A stretch of DNA of 64,000 nt from Eledone cirrhosa (lineage: Eukaryota), in contig OZ024741.1 of assembly GCA_964016885.1 (NCBI GenBank), forward strand, positions 388,864,001 to 388,928,000, read 5' to 3'. Below are positions 24,209-37,795 of this stretch, in pieces (the first letter of the stretch is position 1; each line of letters begins with the position of its first letter). The position numbers and the translations under genes were made by a program. The notes under the pieces were generated by a model, which worked only from the letters and a program-made list of their open reading frames with translations, made no database searches and was not told the origin of the DNA.

Positions 24209-24493
24209 CCCTTACATTACCTCTTACATTACCTCTTTTCTAATGTAAGATACTAACAATGATTTTCAAATAATTTAGAATGGAATTTGGAACGATTTAG
24301 GAATATAACTAACTTTGTCATTATTAAGCTGGTGTTTGAAACCTAACTTAAAGATTCCTACATAAAATTATGTTGGAAGGCTTTTAATTATGAATACTTT
24401 AAAACAAACAGTGTTGAAACTGACCCTGGTTCTACAAACAGTGTTAGATTGTAGAACAAGGGTCAGTTTCAGGTGGTTTGCAAATCAAAAGGG
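24209..24493. mobile_element. piggyBac-like MITE
   Basis: TTAA|CCCTT...AAAAGGG|TTAA; contains an internal inverted repeat GAAACTGACCCT.GTTCTACAA. Confidence 0.65.
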
Positions 24494-24789
24494 TTAAGAC
24501 TTATTTCCTAATTATATTTCTATTTGATATTTTATTCTTATAATACACATTGATATGAAAGAAATCCAGCACAAAATTATGTCCTGCATTGGTTAACAAG
24601 CGTTATCCTTTGTCAGCAAATCTGCAAAGGTATTTTTTGTTCTTTCTCTAGCCTACATTTTATCAATGTCTTAGATTGAATATTGTATCCCACATTTCCC
24701 CCTGTACATAAATGGCCTATTTGCATATGTCTTCTATGCAAATAATATTACTCTTCATTTCTTCTGAACCATCTGCATACAGTGTATGC

Positions 24790-25600
24790 ATCTACTTGGG
24801 CCAGGCATGCTCTGTTTCCTACAACAGAGACACTGAATACCATTCTTCAGTTGGCTAATGGCAATCTAGTCTTCTTCAACAGCACCAAGACAACCACTAT
24901 ACATACACTCTTACACTACTACACACTTTGCACTCCTCAACAATACTCAGTTAAAATATTCAGTCCCTATGAATATTGGGCAATGGCATAGCTAGAGTTT
25001 GTACTCCCATGGGTGATCCTGCAGTTTGCTCCACCCTCCTGAAAAACACAGCACTTCACAATATGCATTAAAAAATACTTAAACCAAAAAGTGCTGCTCA
25101 AGATCAGACCCTTCCCCTCAAGCTACGCTATGATGCTTGTTTTGGTAATCTCTGATCACATATCTGTATGTAACATTGTGAAAAGCACATCCCCAAAGCT
25201 AGATTTAATCTTCAGGGTCAGATAATTCAGTCCTTATCAGCAGCTGCTTTATAGGCAAGTTTCCAAGATTATGCTAACAAGAAAAAAAAAAAAAAGAGAT
25301 GTCTGCCTGTTTAGCAGAGATTTTATTCACTAGCACATTCAACCACTAGACCACAATTGTACTTTCTCTTCACTGCCTCTTTTATAGCTTCTATGGTGGC
25401 TTCTGCATACTATGTCCAATGAAGCACACTGAATGCACCCTCATCTACTCTTTTTGAAACCCCTACTTGTTACCTCTCTTCAAATTCTTTGCCAAACATA
25501 ATGCCCAATCCTTCTTCAGAATTTCAGCTCTCTGGAACATCCTTCCTACCCATAATTTCCTCATATTACTCTACAAACTAAAAATCACCCACAAGCCTGG
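24790..25600 (+). mobile_element. Highly decayed CR1-group (Zenon/Crack-like) LINE 3' part
   Basis: Residual peptides ETLNTILQLANGNLVFFNSTKT, NIVKSTSPKLDLIFRVR, CLFYSFYGGFC, LWNILP match the CR1-group RT thumb/C-terminal pattern. Confidence 0.5.
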
Positions 25601-25911
25601 GAGTTTCTGTAAAGGTCATGAGCGATGCTCCTCTAAGTAGACTAAAAAAATAAAGATAGATAGAAAGCTACAAAAATTGCAACCCAACATCTGAATTGGT
25701 ACTTTCCATAATTGCCAGTATTAATTTCCTCTACCACTATTGTGGCAAAAGCCATTCGGTGATTACACAAGGGAAGAGCATAAACAAACTAGATATAGAA
25801 GGGTACTACTACTACTATCACTATCATCACTACTACCAACACTCAGAAATAAAAATGTCATAGTTTGTCTTTTTTATCTTTTTGTAAAACTGAACTGTAA
25901 ACCCCCCCCCT

Positions 25912-26349
25912 CTTTCTTCTTCTCCTCCTCCTCTTTCTTCTTCTCCTCCTCCTCTTTCTCCTCCTCCTCCTCCTCCTCCTCTTTCTTCTCCTCCTCCTCC
26001 TCTTTCTTCTTCTCCTCCTCCTCTTTCTTCTTCTCCTCCTCCTCTTTCTTCTTCTTCTTTTCCTCTTTCTTCTTCTCCTCCTCTTTCTTTTTCTTCTTCT
26101 TTTCCTCTTTCTTCTTCTCCTCTTTCTTCTTCTTCTCCTCCTCCTCCACCTCCTTCTTCTCCTCATCCTCCTCCTCCTTCTTCTCCTTCTCCTCATCCTC
26201 CTTCTCCTCCTTCTTCTCCTTCTCCTCATCCTCCTTCTCCTCATCCTCCCCCTCCTTCTCCTCATCCTCCCCCTCCTTCTCCTCATCCCTCTCCTCCTCC
26301 TTCTCCTCCTCCTTCTCCTCTTTCTTCTTCTCCTTCTCTTTCTTCTTCT
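25912..26349. repeat. (CTT/CCT)n polypyrimidine-polypurine tract, expanded LINE tail
   Basis: About 435 bp; abuts the 3' end of the RTE fragment. Confidence 0.95.
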
Positions 26350-26945
26350 GAATGGGTCGTGGGGACAGAGTCTTCAAACACTCCTTCCAGTAGGCCCTGT
26401 CAAAAACAACTATCTCCAACTGATCCAGCTCATGGATGTTATCCAACTATCTTGCTTGGAGTCTACCCCTGGGTCTCCTGCTACTTGGTTTTGCCCGTAA
26501 AATCTGTCCAGCAATTTTTTCCTTAGATGTTCTAACCACATGCCCATAGTGACGTTCTGAGCTATGGACTCTATCAAGTAATGTTACTCCAAAGACCCTT
26601 TGGAGGCATATTTTTCAGTCATTACCAAAGGTAAGGGTTGGCATGAATACTGAATTGAAGATAGTGAGTTTGGCTTTTACACCTACCTCCCTTCTGGTTA
26701 TCAAATGCTGAAGCTGGTGCAGTAATGCACAAGCTCCTGCAATTCTTGCACTTAAGTGCCGACCTTCCATCACTCATGAACATGACTCCAAGATAGATAC
26801 TTGAAGTTCTCTACCTGCTTCAGTGGAACCCCATTCACATATAGAGTGTACTGTGCAGGTTTCTTTGAGAGAATTAATATCTCAATCTTCACAGCACTGA
26901 TTTTCATTCCAGCTATGCTGCACTCAGCATCAAACCTATCAACTA
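26350..26945 (-). mobile_element. Rex3/Expander-like RTE 3' fragment
   Basis: ...KAKLTIFNSVFMPTLTFG..., HYGHVVRTS, WKECLKTLSPRP running into the (GAA)n tail. Confidence 0.8.
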
Positions 26946-27221
26946 TGATAGTTGTAATTTTTTTTTTTACATATAGTTTAAAGATATTTCAGAATTTGAT
27001 ATTGATCCAAGTTAAAACTTTAAATCTTAGGAATGTAAAAAATTATATTATATAAGAATCTTACTTTTCAATTTTGATCCTTTTTTTTGTATAAATGTTT
27101 GATTGTGCTTCTTTACATCTCATTTTTTTAATTTACATTTAATTTTTGTTTCCATGATATGGTTGATATAGGAGAGCAATTATATTTTCATGCTTTTGCT
27201 ACTACTAACAAATTGTAAAAT

Positions 27222-27845
27222 GGGAGAGTTGTACATGGCCTAATGGTGAGGATGCTTGATGTATGATCGTAATGTCATTAGTTCAATTCCTGGACAGGCT
27301 GCTGCATTCATCATCATCATCATTATTTCATTTTCCGTCCGCTTTTTCCCTGCTTGCAAGGGTGGGACGGAAACTGATGCTGGCTTGATTTCTACAGCTG
27401 GATGCCCTTCCTAACACCAACCTCATTTACAGTGAGTGCTGGGTGCTTTTTTGCTGTGGCACCTCCACGACCACTTTGCAGTGGAATGATATGGACCCCA
27501 TCTCATTTCTACAGCTGAGTAAACTGGAGCAATGTGAAATAAAGTGTCTTGCTCAAGGAAACAACACATGACCCGGTCTGAGAATTGAACTCACAACCTT
27601 TCGATTGCAAGGCCAATGCTCTAACCACTAAGCCATGTGCCTCCATTGTATTCTGCATTTTGCTCTTGAGCAAAACACTTTATTTCATGTTGCTTGTGTA
27701 CACTCAACTGAGAGAGAGTAGCAGCAGTAGTTGGGGAGTTAATCCTGCAATAGACCGGGATCCTTTCCAGAGAGAGTCTTGTACTCTCAGTCGCTTAATG
27801 CTAAGCAAACAGGAATCAACACTGGCCTGATAAGTCTTCAGCTTA
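27222..27845 (+). mobile_element. tRNA/CORE-type SINE split by an inverted SINE insertion
   Basis: A box TGGCCTAATGG and B box AGTTCAATTCC; resumes at 27660 with CTTGAGCAAAACACTTTATTTC. Confidence 0.7.
27309..27652 (-). mobile_element. tRNA/CORE SINE with RTE-derived tail, 7-bp TSD
   Basis: Head TGGCTTAGTGG...GAGTTCAATTC, CORE-like CCTTGAGCAAGACACTT, tail GGTTGGTGTTAGGAAGGGCATCCAGC plus RTE stem-loop and (GAT)n. TSD CTGCATT at 27302-27308 and 27653-27659. Confidence 0.85.
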
Positions 27846-29745
27846 GAACAGACTTTAATTTAACTAACTACTTTTATTACTATTAGGTAAACTGGTGTAA
27901 ACAATAGGCACAAGATAATGGCTTCAAAATGTTTTATTCTTTTAATTTAGATTATTAACTAGAGAAATAACTAAAATAGGCCAATGGCATGTATTTGGCT
28001 GAATAAGTTAAGTGACATACTGAATTCCATATGCTAAACAATATTTTAACTGAAATTTTCCTCTTAGCCACTCTCAAAGAGGGATAATTTCAAGAAATCA
28101 AGAAAAATTAAGTCAATTTACATGCTTAGGGGAAAATCTGATCTTTGTTTGCAGGCAAGGAGCAATTATGAGCATATTTTGGTTCATTAGATCTTAGCAT
28201 AATATAGTCTATAATTGACAAAGATCATCTACATATATCGTAGAAACTTTGAAACTCTCCCTCTTTCTCTCTTTTTTTTTTTTTACGCTTTTGACTCTCC
28301 CTTTCCTTATCTCTCTGTCTCTTTCTTTGTCTATATATCTCTCTCTCTTGTTAAACGATTAAACCACCATAATCAACCCTACTTTGCTGTTTGTGTATGG
28401 AAAAGGAATGGCTTATGCTTAGATCACAGCAAGGAAACTATTTTTCTATTCATCTTTCCCCTGCTGATAATATCTATCAGTTGCAGATTCTCCTGGCAGA
28501 AGTGTCACCATTTCTCTGGTGACACGAGGCAGAATTTGAATTGTGCTAGAACAGCTACTGCAAGGCATCCCACCCATCCAACACTTTGACAGTTCCGTTA
28601 ATTCCACTTCTCCTTGGGCTGTTATTTTTTTTTGTCAATCACAATGTGATGAAAAACAAAGTTGCCCCTTCCCCGTGCTCTGTTATAAAATTTGAACTCA
28701 GAGTGCAAAAAACCAGAACAAATGCTACAAGCAGTTTTAATTTCTCAACACTAGTAGCCTCATTTGTATCACTTTCAATGTACATTGTTTTCCTAGCCAC
28801 ACCTAACAACCTTAATAGTTTATGCATGTACATGCACAGAGTTCTAAAAATTTAATATGAAACTGCTTAGCTTAATTGATGCCAACTAACTTGAGATAGC
28901 CTGTTTTAAAGTTCATATGTAAATGTTTAATATATTAATATAATTAAATTTCTTATTTAAAATATTACATCATTATATAATGAAAGAATGTTTATGTTAT
29001 GTTCCTCGTACACACTCAACATAGAAATATATTTAAAAGTTGATTATTTTATCAAATTCAACGAAATTCTCGATTATTTAAAAAAATTATATAACTATGT
29101 AGGGAATCATATTTGAAAATTATCATTATAAAATAATTAAGAGCCTATTACATATTTTCTTCTGTTTGAAAATCTTGCTTGTACCCTCTGGGTGTATAGG
29201 GCTCTTTTGAAATCCTGTCATGCTAGTTCTGCAAGATATTTATTTTTTTTACCTTGGACTTGCTACCAGCCTTTTATAATGTCCTTACTATTTATATGAC
29301 TCCACAAACTTGAAAAGATAAAAGGCAAAATTAACCTCAGTGGGATTTGACCTCAGAGCACAGAGAGCTGGAACAAATACTGTAAAGAAGCAGGCATGAC
29401 AAACATGCAGCCCTTTAAAAGCACACCTGCACGAGCATGTTTTATCTTCATAATATAAAATATAAAAAAAATTAGTTGTAATGTGCAGAAAACACGTGAC
29501 CCATGTGGCCCTTGGGGGACCCTCAGTTTGACATGCCTGCTGTAAAGTATTCTATCCAATACTATAACTCAGTAAATTTGCTGCCTTGAATATCTTTATC
29601 TAGTTTATGCTTATCAATCTCTGATGACCTCATGGAGGCACCATGTTGCTAAAATTACATAAAGGCTTTGTCTTAAGGGTTCTTGAATATTTTATCCCTG
29701 AATACTGTTAACTTTTAAAAAAATCACATATGTGCTCTGCTCTAG

Positions 29746-29920
29746 AATAATTGTTTCTACATTTGGCACAAGGCCAGCAATTACCCAGTACATTACTGGT
29801 ACTTTATTTTATCGACCCCTTAAGGATGAAAGGCAAAGTTGACCTCGGCGAGATTTGAACTCAGAATGGAAAGGGCCGTAACTCCATGCGTGTCTGACCC
29901 TCTACTGGGATATATCTACT
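29746..29920 (-). mobile_element. Meta/MESC-like SINE
   Basis: Reverse complement of the 23364-23546 family. Confidence 0.85.
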
Positions 29921-30254
29921 AATCTCTAGGAAAAATAAAATAGTAAATTATAATTACTGGTCTGAGGAAGAAATCACTACAACCAAGTTAAAATATGATT
30001 ATCCTGACATAGGTTATGGGTAGCCAATCACTAGTGATGTCTGATCTCAACATAGTTAAAATTACTTTTTTCTGTGTACTTTGCTAATGAGATATTACTG
30101 TCCTTCAATCAGATGAAGATAGACTTTTCCCCATAGCAGTGATCCCCAAATTTATTTTGTCTGAAAATTGCACAAACCATTATCTAATTATCTAAAAAAT
30201 TTCAGAATCCATCCCTATATTTTATAGACAATCTTCCACTGCACAACATTTTAT

Positions 30255-30695
30255 AAGTCTTGGGCTGGGGAGACCCAAGAAGACCTAGGATGAGGTGATA
30301 AAAGCTGATCTTGCCCAATTGCACTTCTTAAAGGCAGAGTTCTCTGACGTTACACAGTATTACAGAAGACCCGACTTCCCATGGGTACTTGCTGAAGCTG
30401 AAGCATATAGACAGTATTCCCCCACCCCCTCCCACTGTAAAGTGGTCATGTAGGTGTCAACAAAAAAGTACCCAGTCCACACTGTAAGGTGGTTGTGTAG
30501 GCGCCACTCTAAAAAGCACCCAGTACTTATTGTAGATGAAGTTGGTGTTAGGAAGGGCATCCAGCTGTAGAAATCAAGCCAAAACCAGTTCTGTATGAGC
30601 AAGACATGGTCACCTGACCTGGCATTGCTCAAAACAAGACAACCCACCCAACCCATGTTAGCGTGGAAGAATGAAAGTAAAACGGTGATGATGAT
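30255..30695 (+). mobile_element. Decayed long-3'UTR RTE 3' fragment
   Basis: GRPKKT-like end, AGGAAGGGCATCCAGCTGTAGAAA module, GATGATGAT tail. Confidence 0.8.
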
Positions 30696-33600
30696 TAAGT
30701 GAAACAAAAAATTGTTTTAGAGAGAATTTGTTAAAATTAAGCAAAAAGAAAAAAAGAACCATAAATCTTTAAATTATTTCACGAAACCACAGAATGTTAT
30801 GGCAGAGTCCACTTTGAGAAATACAGTCCAAGTGTATGACTCTCACATTGGGAAATTAGTGCATTTTGTTTCCAAATCCATTAATGAAAAAGCCATTGAC
30901 TTTAGGGGTTATGATAGTTTTCACTATTAACCTCTAACATGCTATCAACCAGTCAAAGCAGTATTTAGATTGGAAATAACACGATAGCTGAAAATAATAT
31001 ATGAAGTTAAACAATTTTTTTTTTTTTGTCAAAACGATGGTTTGAAATCTGAAAAGGATATATATTCTTTTTGTAAATAGATGAATATAACTTGATATTA
31101 TGAAATTACAAAATATATGCTGAATTGAATGGGAACAAGGCTTCTTCTTAGAAGAATTGAAATGTGCCCATATTGGATTTCTCTTTCATTAATGAAATTT
31201 ATTTTTCTTTCAAGTACTTTTTAGTTTGATAAATATTACACAAAGGATAGCTGGTTTTTAGGTGCAACTGTTTTGTGGCAGATAATTATCTATGAGAATG
31301 AGATAAGCAAGGATTGGAAATAATAATAGGAGTCCCCTGTGACACACAACTTCCTAAAGAAAGATCATTGATTATTTTCTGCTAATTTTAAAGGTATATT
31401 ACTTTAGGATAGGCAATATTCCAGCTTTGGTTTAAAAGCTACAAAGTTAATTTAAACATTGCATATAAGAATTCAGAATTTTTGCACTTTTAATTGACCA
31501 GCTATTATTTCAGAGTGATAGCTTGGCAGTCTGTTAAGATGGAGAATTTGATTGTTCCTTAAAAGCCTGCTTTTTGTGACTGAACTCTCTATTCTCTGTC
31601 TCTTTGATGGTGTTTTTTCCATGGCAACTGAAATCCTTGTATATTAGTAGAGTTCATATGAGGTCATGTCGATAATGAGGATTAATGACAAGGTCAAATT
31701 GTTTTAGCCAATGATATAACTACAGCATCCTCTTAAGTTAGTTTGACCCTTTGAAATTTGACATGATTGCTTCAAAAATCGTTTTAACTGAATTTAAATT
31801 GTGATTGATTATTGATTGAAATATAGTGCATTCATTGCAAACGCACTGAGAGATACATTTAAACAAAAATTCATATTTTAAAACAAAGTTTATTGATTTG
31901 GGTTTTCTTTCTTTGCCTTTTTCCCCCTCTGAGTATTTTTTAATCATTTCATATAACCAAATGGTATTAAACTGGGATAGTTTAAACCGAAGCAATTGTG
32001 TAATTTGTTCTATTTATTATTATTTTCTTTTTTTGACTAATTAGACAACTGTTATGTTTTAGATAGAACAAAATAAAAAGAAAGAAATGTAAATACTTGC
32101 AAGTTTGATTGGAATTCCGGATTTATATCACAAAAAACTAAAGTGTGTGAAGGGGATCTGTCTGTCTTTACCTTTTAAACTTAAGTATAACACTAGATTG
32201 CTTTTCCTCTCAGTAAAAGCAATGAAAATTTGATTGGCAATGGGATAAGCTACTTGATGTGATTATGCTACTTTATGATCGCCATGTAAAATATGATTTC
32301 ACATTGTGACAGCTACTTTTTTCCATTAATTTGTTGTATGAAATCTGTATATTTTTCTCAATTTCCCTCTCATTTTATCATACGTTACATTCAGCCTGGA
32401 TGAAACTCAATTTGGTGAAGAAGAATGTATATTGGCTTCCATTTTTTGTAAATTTTATTGTAAGGCATAATGAAAATGGATACTTTTATGAAATTAGTAT
32501 TGACTATATTATCTGATTGTGATTACTGATGAATGTACTAAATCTATTTCATGATGAAGGATAGATGAAGAGAATTGTTTCTTCTGTTTCTTTTTTTAAT
32601 TTTGTTGAAATATTTGTTGCAAAGTAAAATTATTAATATTCCTAATGCTAAAATACTTTTTATCTCAGATATATCAGTCTCCAAATACCCTCCTTTAGCC
32701 AATAAATCAATAAAATATAGTTTACTTCATCAAAAAGTTCTGTAATTCCTAAACTTGATTGTAAGTCTAGTCATGTCTCTAATCAATGCAAGCAAAATGC
32801 TATCTTTTATAGAAAACTTTTAAAGCTGTTAATCAGATTACATGCAGACCAATATATGTTTGAATTTTTATTCATAAAATGTAAAAAATCACATGCATGT
32901 TGTATTTATGAATTTAGAGGGAAAGGCATGTTAGATTTCCATTAAAAAAAATGTTCCCTTCAAATCTCTTCACTAATCTGTTTTGCTAGCTTTAGTTATT
33001 CAATTGATGAATTATTTTTAGTCAATTTTGTAAGCGATATCAACGTTTTTATTTTAATGCTGACATTAGTTTTAAAAATCTTTTCTTAGAAATCAATATA
33101 ATTTTAAATTTAGAATATATTTATAAAATCTTTTTATTTGTCCAGATGCATAATTTTGATCAGTAAATTTTAAGGGAGATTTTTAATGTTTTCTTTTCCA
33201 TATGATCATAATGATAAAACTTGTTCTTATTTGCTGTCTTTTTATTTATTAATAATTAAAATAGCTTCTTCTGGACTTATTTTTGAAATTTTAAGTAATT
33301 TTACTTTTTGAAATAAAATTATCTCAATAAAATTTTCACTTTCAGTTAAATGAATTTCTCAAAGGAATGCAAGTTTTTAACAATAGGAAAAATTGCTTAT
33401 TGATTATATTTATATTTCACATCCCATAGGAAAAAGGAAACACACACATACATGCACATAAATCTATTATTATATTATTCTGCTTATCATAATGTACATT
33501 TTAGTGTTTTGTTTTTAACTGAAAATTTTAATATAGGTGTAGGTTTGGCCATGTGATTAAGCAGTTAATTTTCAGGTTCAGTCTTATTGGTACATGGAAA

Positions 33601-33744
33601 CTATATGGAAGCCCATTGTGTGTGTGTATATAAATAAATAAAAGTGTCATTAGTGAGTGAATCAGATGTCAGATCATTTGAAAACAAAGGAAAAAACTTA
33701 CAAAAGAAAAAAAACTCCTACAGATTTGAGGCTAGGAAAATCCA

Positions 33745-34100
33745 AGGTTCGTCCCATTCCATTTTTGGAAAAAATCGATGGTGAGCATATTGAAGGTCAT
33801 AGCTGAAAACACATGAAAAACCTTATTACCAATTTCAATTAGTGTTAATAGTGGTCAACATACAAACAAACTTCCTTTTTATATGTATATAGATAGATGA
33901 TGGACAAACAGACAGTATCTGCATGCTAAAAAGAGCAGTAAATTCACCCCCATTCCTTTTTTGGAAAATAAGTCACAGCGAGCTTGTTGGAAGTCATATT
34001 CGTTGAAAACACATGAAAGACGTTAATTATTACCAATTTTATTTAGTGTTATTAGTTGTCAACGTACAAACAAACTTCCTTTCTATAAAAATATAGATAT
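33745..34100 (-). mobile_element. Two tandem ~200-bp Helitron-like 5' end fragments
   Basis: Duplicated unit reading (minus) ATCTATAT...AAAAGGAAGTTTGTTTGTA.GTTGAC; resembles the Helitron 5' end at 39829. Confidence 0.5.
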
Positions 34101-34138
34101 AATTGGCTATAGTGGAGTTTTCCACTATTATTTTTGGT

Positions 34139-34313
34139 GGCAGTATTGGTAGAGGGTCGGACGCCATGCTTTGACGCATATAGTTATGGCCCTTGCTATT
34201 CTGAGTTCAAATCCCGCTGAGGTTAACTTTGCCTTTCATCCTTACGGGGTCGATAAAATAAAGTACCAGTAATGCACTGGGGAATTGCTGGCCTTGTGCC
34301 AAAAGTAGAAACA
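34139..34313 (+). mobile_element. Meta/MESC-like SINE, 12-bp TSD
   Basis: Full head, core and tail; TSD ATTATTTTTGGT. Confidence 0.88.
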
Positions 34314-34969
34314 ATTATTTTTGGTAAGGTGAGAGAAGCTATATGCACACTAAAATCCTCAGCTCATAAGGAGTTTAAAACAGACGAATAAGTCTTTGAA
34401 AGTTAAATTTCTTGTTGTTAAGGACTTTGTAGCAGAGCATTAATATTCAAAATAACAAAAGACCAAAGTTAACAACTTAAATCCATTCTTTAATGTTTAT
34501 GTCTGTTTCAATATGCTTATAATAGTACAAGCATATGCAAACAATCAGAAATAATTAATTAGCAATTATTAACACTATACGTAATACATATAACTGCATT
34601 TCTTCAGGAAATGTGAGAAGGAACAAAGTTTACCAAATTCAAAGAGTCATAAGAATAGACCTCATATCAAACACTGGATGTAAAGCAAGTATTTAAGTAT
34701 AACAAAACATATTGTACATGATGTTGCAACATGCAAAATTATAGGTTGAGGTAAAAAGCATTACATCATATTTATAATTATTTCTACTTTAGGCACAAGG
34801 CCAGTTTTTTTAAATATTCTTAAGGTGGAAGTGCTCAGTGCTCCTCCAACACACAACATCATATTTATAATGTTATTAATTTTCCTTATACAGTTAGAAT
34901 ATTTGTTGTTAGATTTGCAGAAGTGGAAATTATTTATGAGGCAGTAGCAAGAAGTAAGCATTACATGAA

Positions 34970-36318
34970 ATGCTTAAAATTAATGGACCAAGTTATGAAA
35001 GTGATGGAAAGAGTAATAGTGCAACTAATTAGAGAAAGCGTCAAATTAGACAAGATGCAGTTTGGTTTCATGCCTGGGAAAAGTACTACAGATGCCCTCT
35101 TAGTGAGGCAACTACAAGAGAAGTTCTTAGCTGAAAATAAGCCAATGTACCTAGCTTTCATTGACTTAGAAAAACTGTTTGACAGAAGACCTCGATCTAT
35201 TAACTGGTGTAGAAGAATCTTTGGGAAGAGCAGTACAAGCCATGTACAGAGGAGCTGTCAGGAAAGTGAGAGTAGGAAGTGAGTTGAGTTAGGAATTCAA
35301 GGTACAAGTAGGAGTTCATCAGGTTTTGGTTCTTGGCCCACTATTATTCATTATAGTCCTCCAAGCTATAACAGAGTTTAAGACCAGCTGCTTATGGGAA
35401 CTTCTCAATGCAGATGATTTGATCCTTATAGCCAAATTCATTAATGAACTAGAAAATAAGTTCTGACTATGGAAACAGAATTTAGAAACAAGGTCTGAGA
35501 GTAAACTTAACCAAAACTAAAGTGCTAGTAAGTAGGAGAGAAGATAGGACCCTGATTAGAAAGAGAGTAGGCATAAACTCCATACGATGTACACAAGAGA
35601 TGTAGTAGGATAATGGGTAGACTAACAGGAAGGGAAGACTTTGTATGTAGATGCACAGGGGGTAATGGAGCAGAAGATAGCCAGTGATGTAAACCTATTC
35701 CAGTCACAGGAAGGACCCATAGAAGTGGTTGATAGCTACTGCTATCTAGGTGATGTAATTAGCAACAGTAGAGGGTGTTCTGAGAGCATAATAGCTAGAA
35801 TAAGGATAGGATAGAAAAAGTTTAGAGAGCTACTATCACTGTTGACTACTAAAGGTTTCTCCCTACATACAAAAGGACGACTGTACGACAAGCGCGATGG
35901 TGCATGGTAGTGAAATATAAGCAGTGACTGCAGAGGTCATGCGTAGACTGGAGAGAATTGAATAACCATGCTCTGTTGGATGTGCAATGTAAGTGTGAGA
36001 GAAAGGCAGAGCTTGGATGAGTTGAGGGAGAACCTGGGTTTAAGAGTAAACTGAGGTGGTGTGTAGGAGAGAAGACTGCTTGGTATGAACACGTGATGCA
36101 CATGGATGATGATCACTGTGAAGAAGTGCCAAGAAATGCTAGGAGAAGGAAGTTGCAGTAGAGGTAAATCTAGAAAGATCTGGTTAGAGGTTGTGAGAGT
36201 TGACCTCAAAGAGGGGATGACAAAATGCAGCGAGTGGAGAGATGCTGTGTTGAGAAGGACCCTTTCAACCCATGCACAGATGGAAAAACGGATGTAAAAA
36301 CGATGATGACAATGATGA
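34970..36318 (+). mobile_element. Decayed RTE copy (RT to 3' end)
   Basis: LMDQVMKVMERV...MQFGFMPGKSTTDA...LAFIDLEK; ends in a stem-loop and GATGATGAC. Confidence 0.88.
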
Positions 36319-36688
36319 AATATATAACACATAGATATACTTTTGCTAGTTTCAGTCATTCAAAAAATTGGAATATATTTATGAACAAATGATAAGTTTT
36401 GTTACATAGACAGTTCCTATACTTATTGAAAATATTTTTTTTATAAATTGAAATTATCATCTGCTGTTAGCAACGTGACTCATATCCATGACTCACTAAT
36501 ATATATATATATATATACTATATCAGTGAACCATGTGTACATACATACATGCACACACACACACACACACATAAATGTATAGTAAAACCCTTGACTTTTG
36601 CATTTTATTCAGTCTTCGGCATTTTCTGCAACTTTACAAACAACGTTTATGTTGTTTTACTTCCTTTTAAATATTTGCATGTTCTTAA

Positions 36689-37213
36689 CCCTTTCAATAC
36701 CAACTTGCTCATAACTACTTCTGATTTGGTGAAAAGTAATTAGCTTCACAGCCATGTGGCTCTGGGTTCATTCCTGCTGTGCAGCACCTTCACCAAGTGT
36801 CTTCTATTGTAGGGGTGCCATAGTGACATATAGACTTTTAATCCTAGCAGAGACCGTTCCTCTCCAGGTCCGAACACAGCTGATTTCTTTCAGAGAGAGG
36901 GAGGGTTTGGAGTGAGGAAGTAAGAAAGAGATATAGAGGAAGAATTGACCTCAGAACTGGACTGGCACTTTTTTTTATCAACCTTGAAAGGGTGAAAGGC
37001 AAAGCTGGTCTTGGCAGGATTTGAACTCAGTGTAGAGAACCAGAATAAATGCTGCAAAGCATTCTATCTGATGGTCTAATGATTCTGCCAATTCACTGCC
37101 TTGCATTACAAATACCATCTTAATAATGTTATAATTAATAATTTTAATAAATCATTCCTTATTCTTCATTAATTAATTGAGTATAGGTCATTAGACATAT
37201 GGTAATGAAAGGG
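36689..37213. mobile_element. piggyBac-like MITE with nested SINE fragments
   Basis: TTAA|CCCTTTCAATACCA...TGGTAATGAAAGGG|TTAA; SINE pieces at about 36730-36810 (+) and 36955-37100 (-). Confidence 0.6.
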
Positions 37214-37795
37214 TTAAATACTTGCATATTCTAGGGTTAGCCCTAGGTCATTTATGATTGAGTAGACCTATGATCGAAGGTGTTTCAGTTGTGACTGCTC
37301 CATCTTATTCATCTACAATGACATTAAACATATCCTTCCTTTTTTAAGATGGTAGACTTTGATTTGAGGGAGATTTGGTTGCTACTTCTAACAGGCCAAG
37401 TGGCTATGTAGAGGCTGCCATGTTGGTGCTTTCAGATTCGGTTATAAACTTTAGTATTTTCAGATATAGGTCATGTTTAGCTGTTTTTTTATTATTATAT
37501 TATGTTACATTCTACCTATATTCTATGACATTTCATATAGCTAGCACTAACCCAGTTTACTGATATTCTTTGCTTCAGACAATGATTGTCAGAAAATATG
37601 TAAGATGCATAAAGTTTTAAACATATTTAGTCGACCTATCCTTTTCAATGTATTATTTGAATAATGGGTTGTCAGTTTTAAATTTTAAAAGCATTTTGCT
37701 CTTGTGAAATATATATATAAAAAAAATTAATATAGCTTTTTTTTTTTAAAAATAGCTTCCAATTTACAGATACTTCGTTACCATTCCATCTTTAA

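Noticed and set aside
25740-26446. Poly-S/F, poly-R and poly-K/E ORFs
   Set aside because: Products of the (CTT/CCT)n tract; only the first ~33 aa of the minus ORF are real LINE remnant.
30138-30826. hAT-like MITE (CAGTGATCCCCAAA...TTTGAGAAATACAG) around the RTE fragment
   Set aside because: TIRs are too degenerate and no 8-bp TSD was found.
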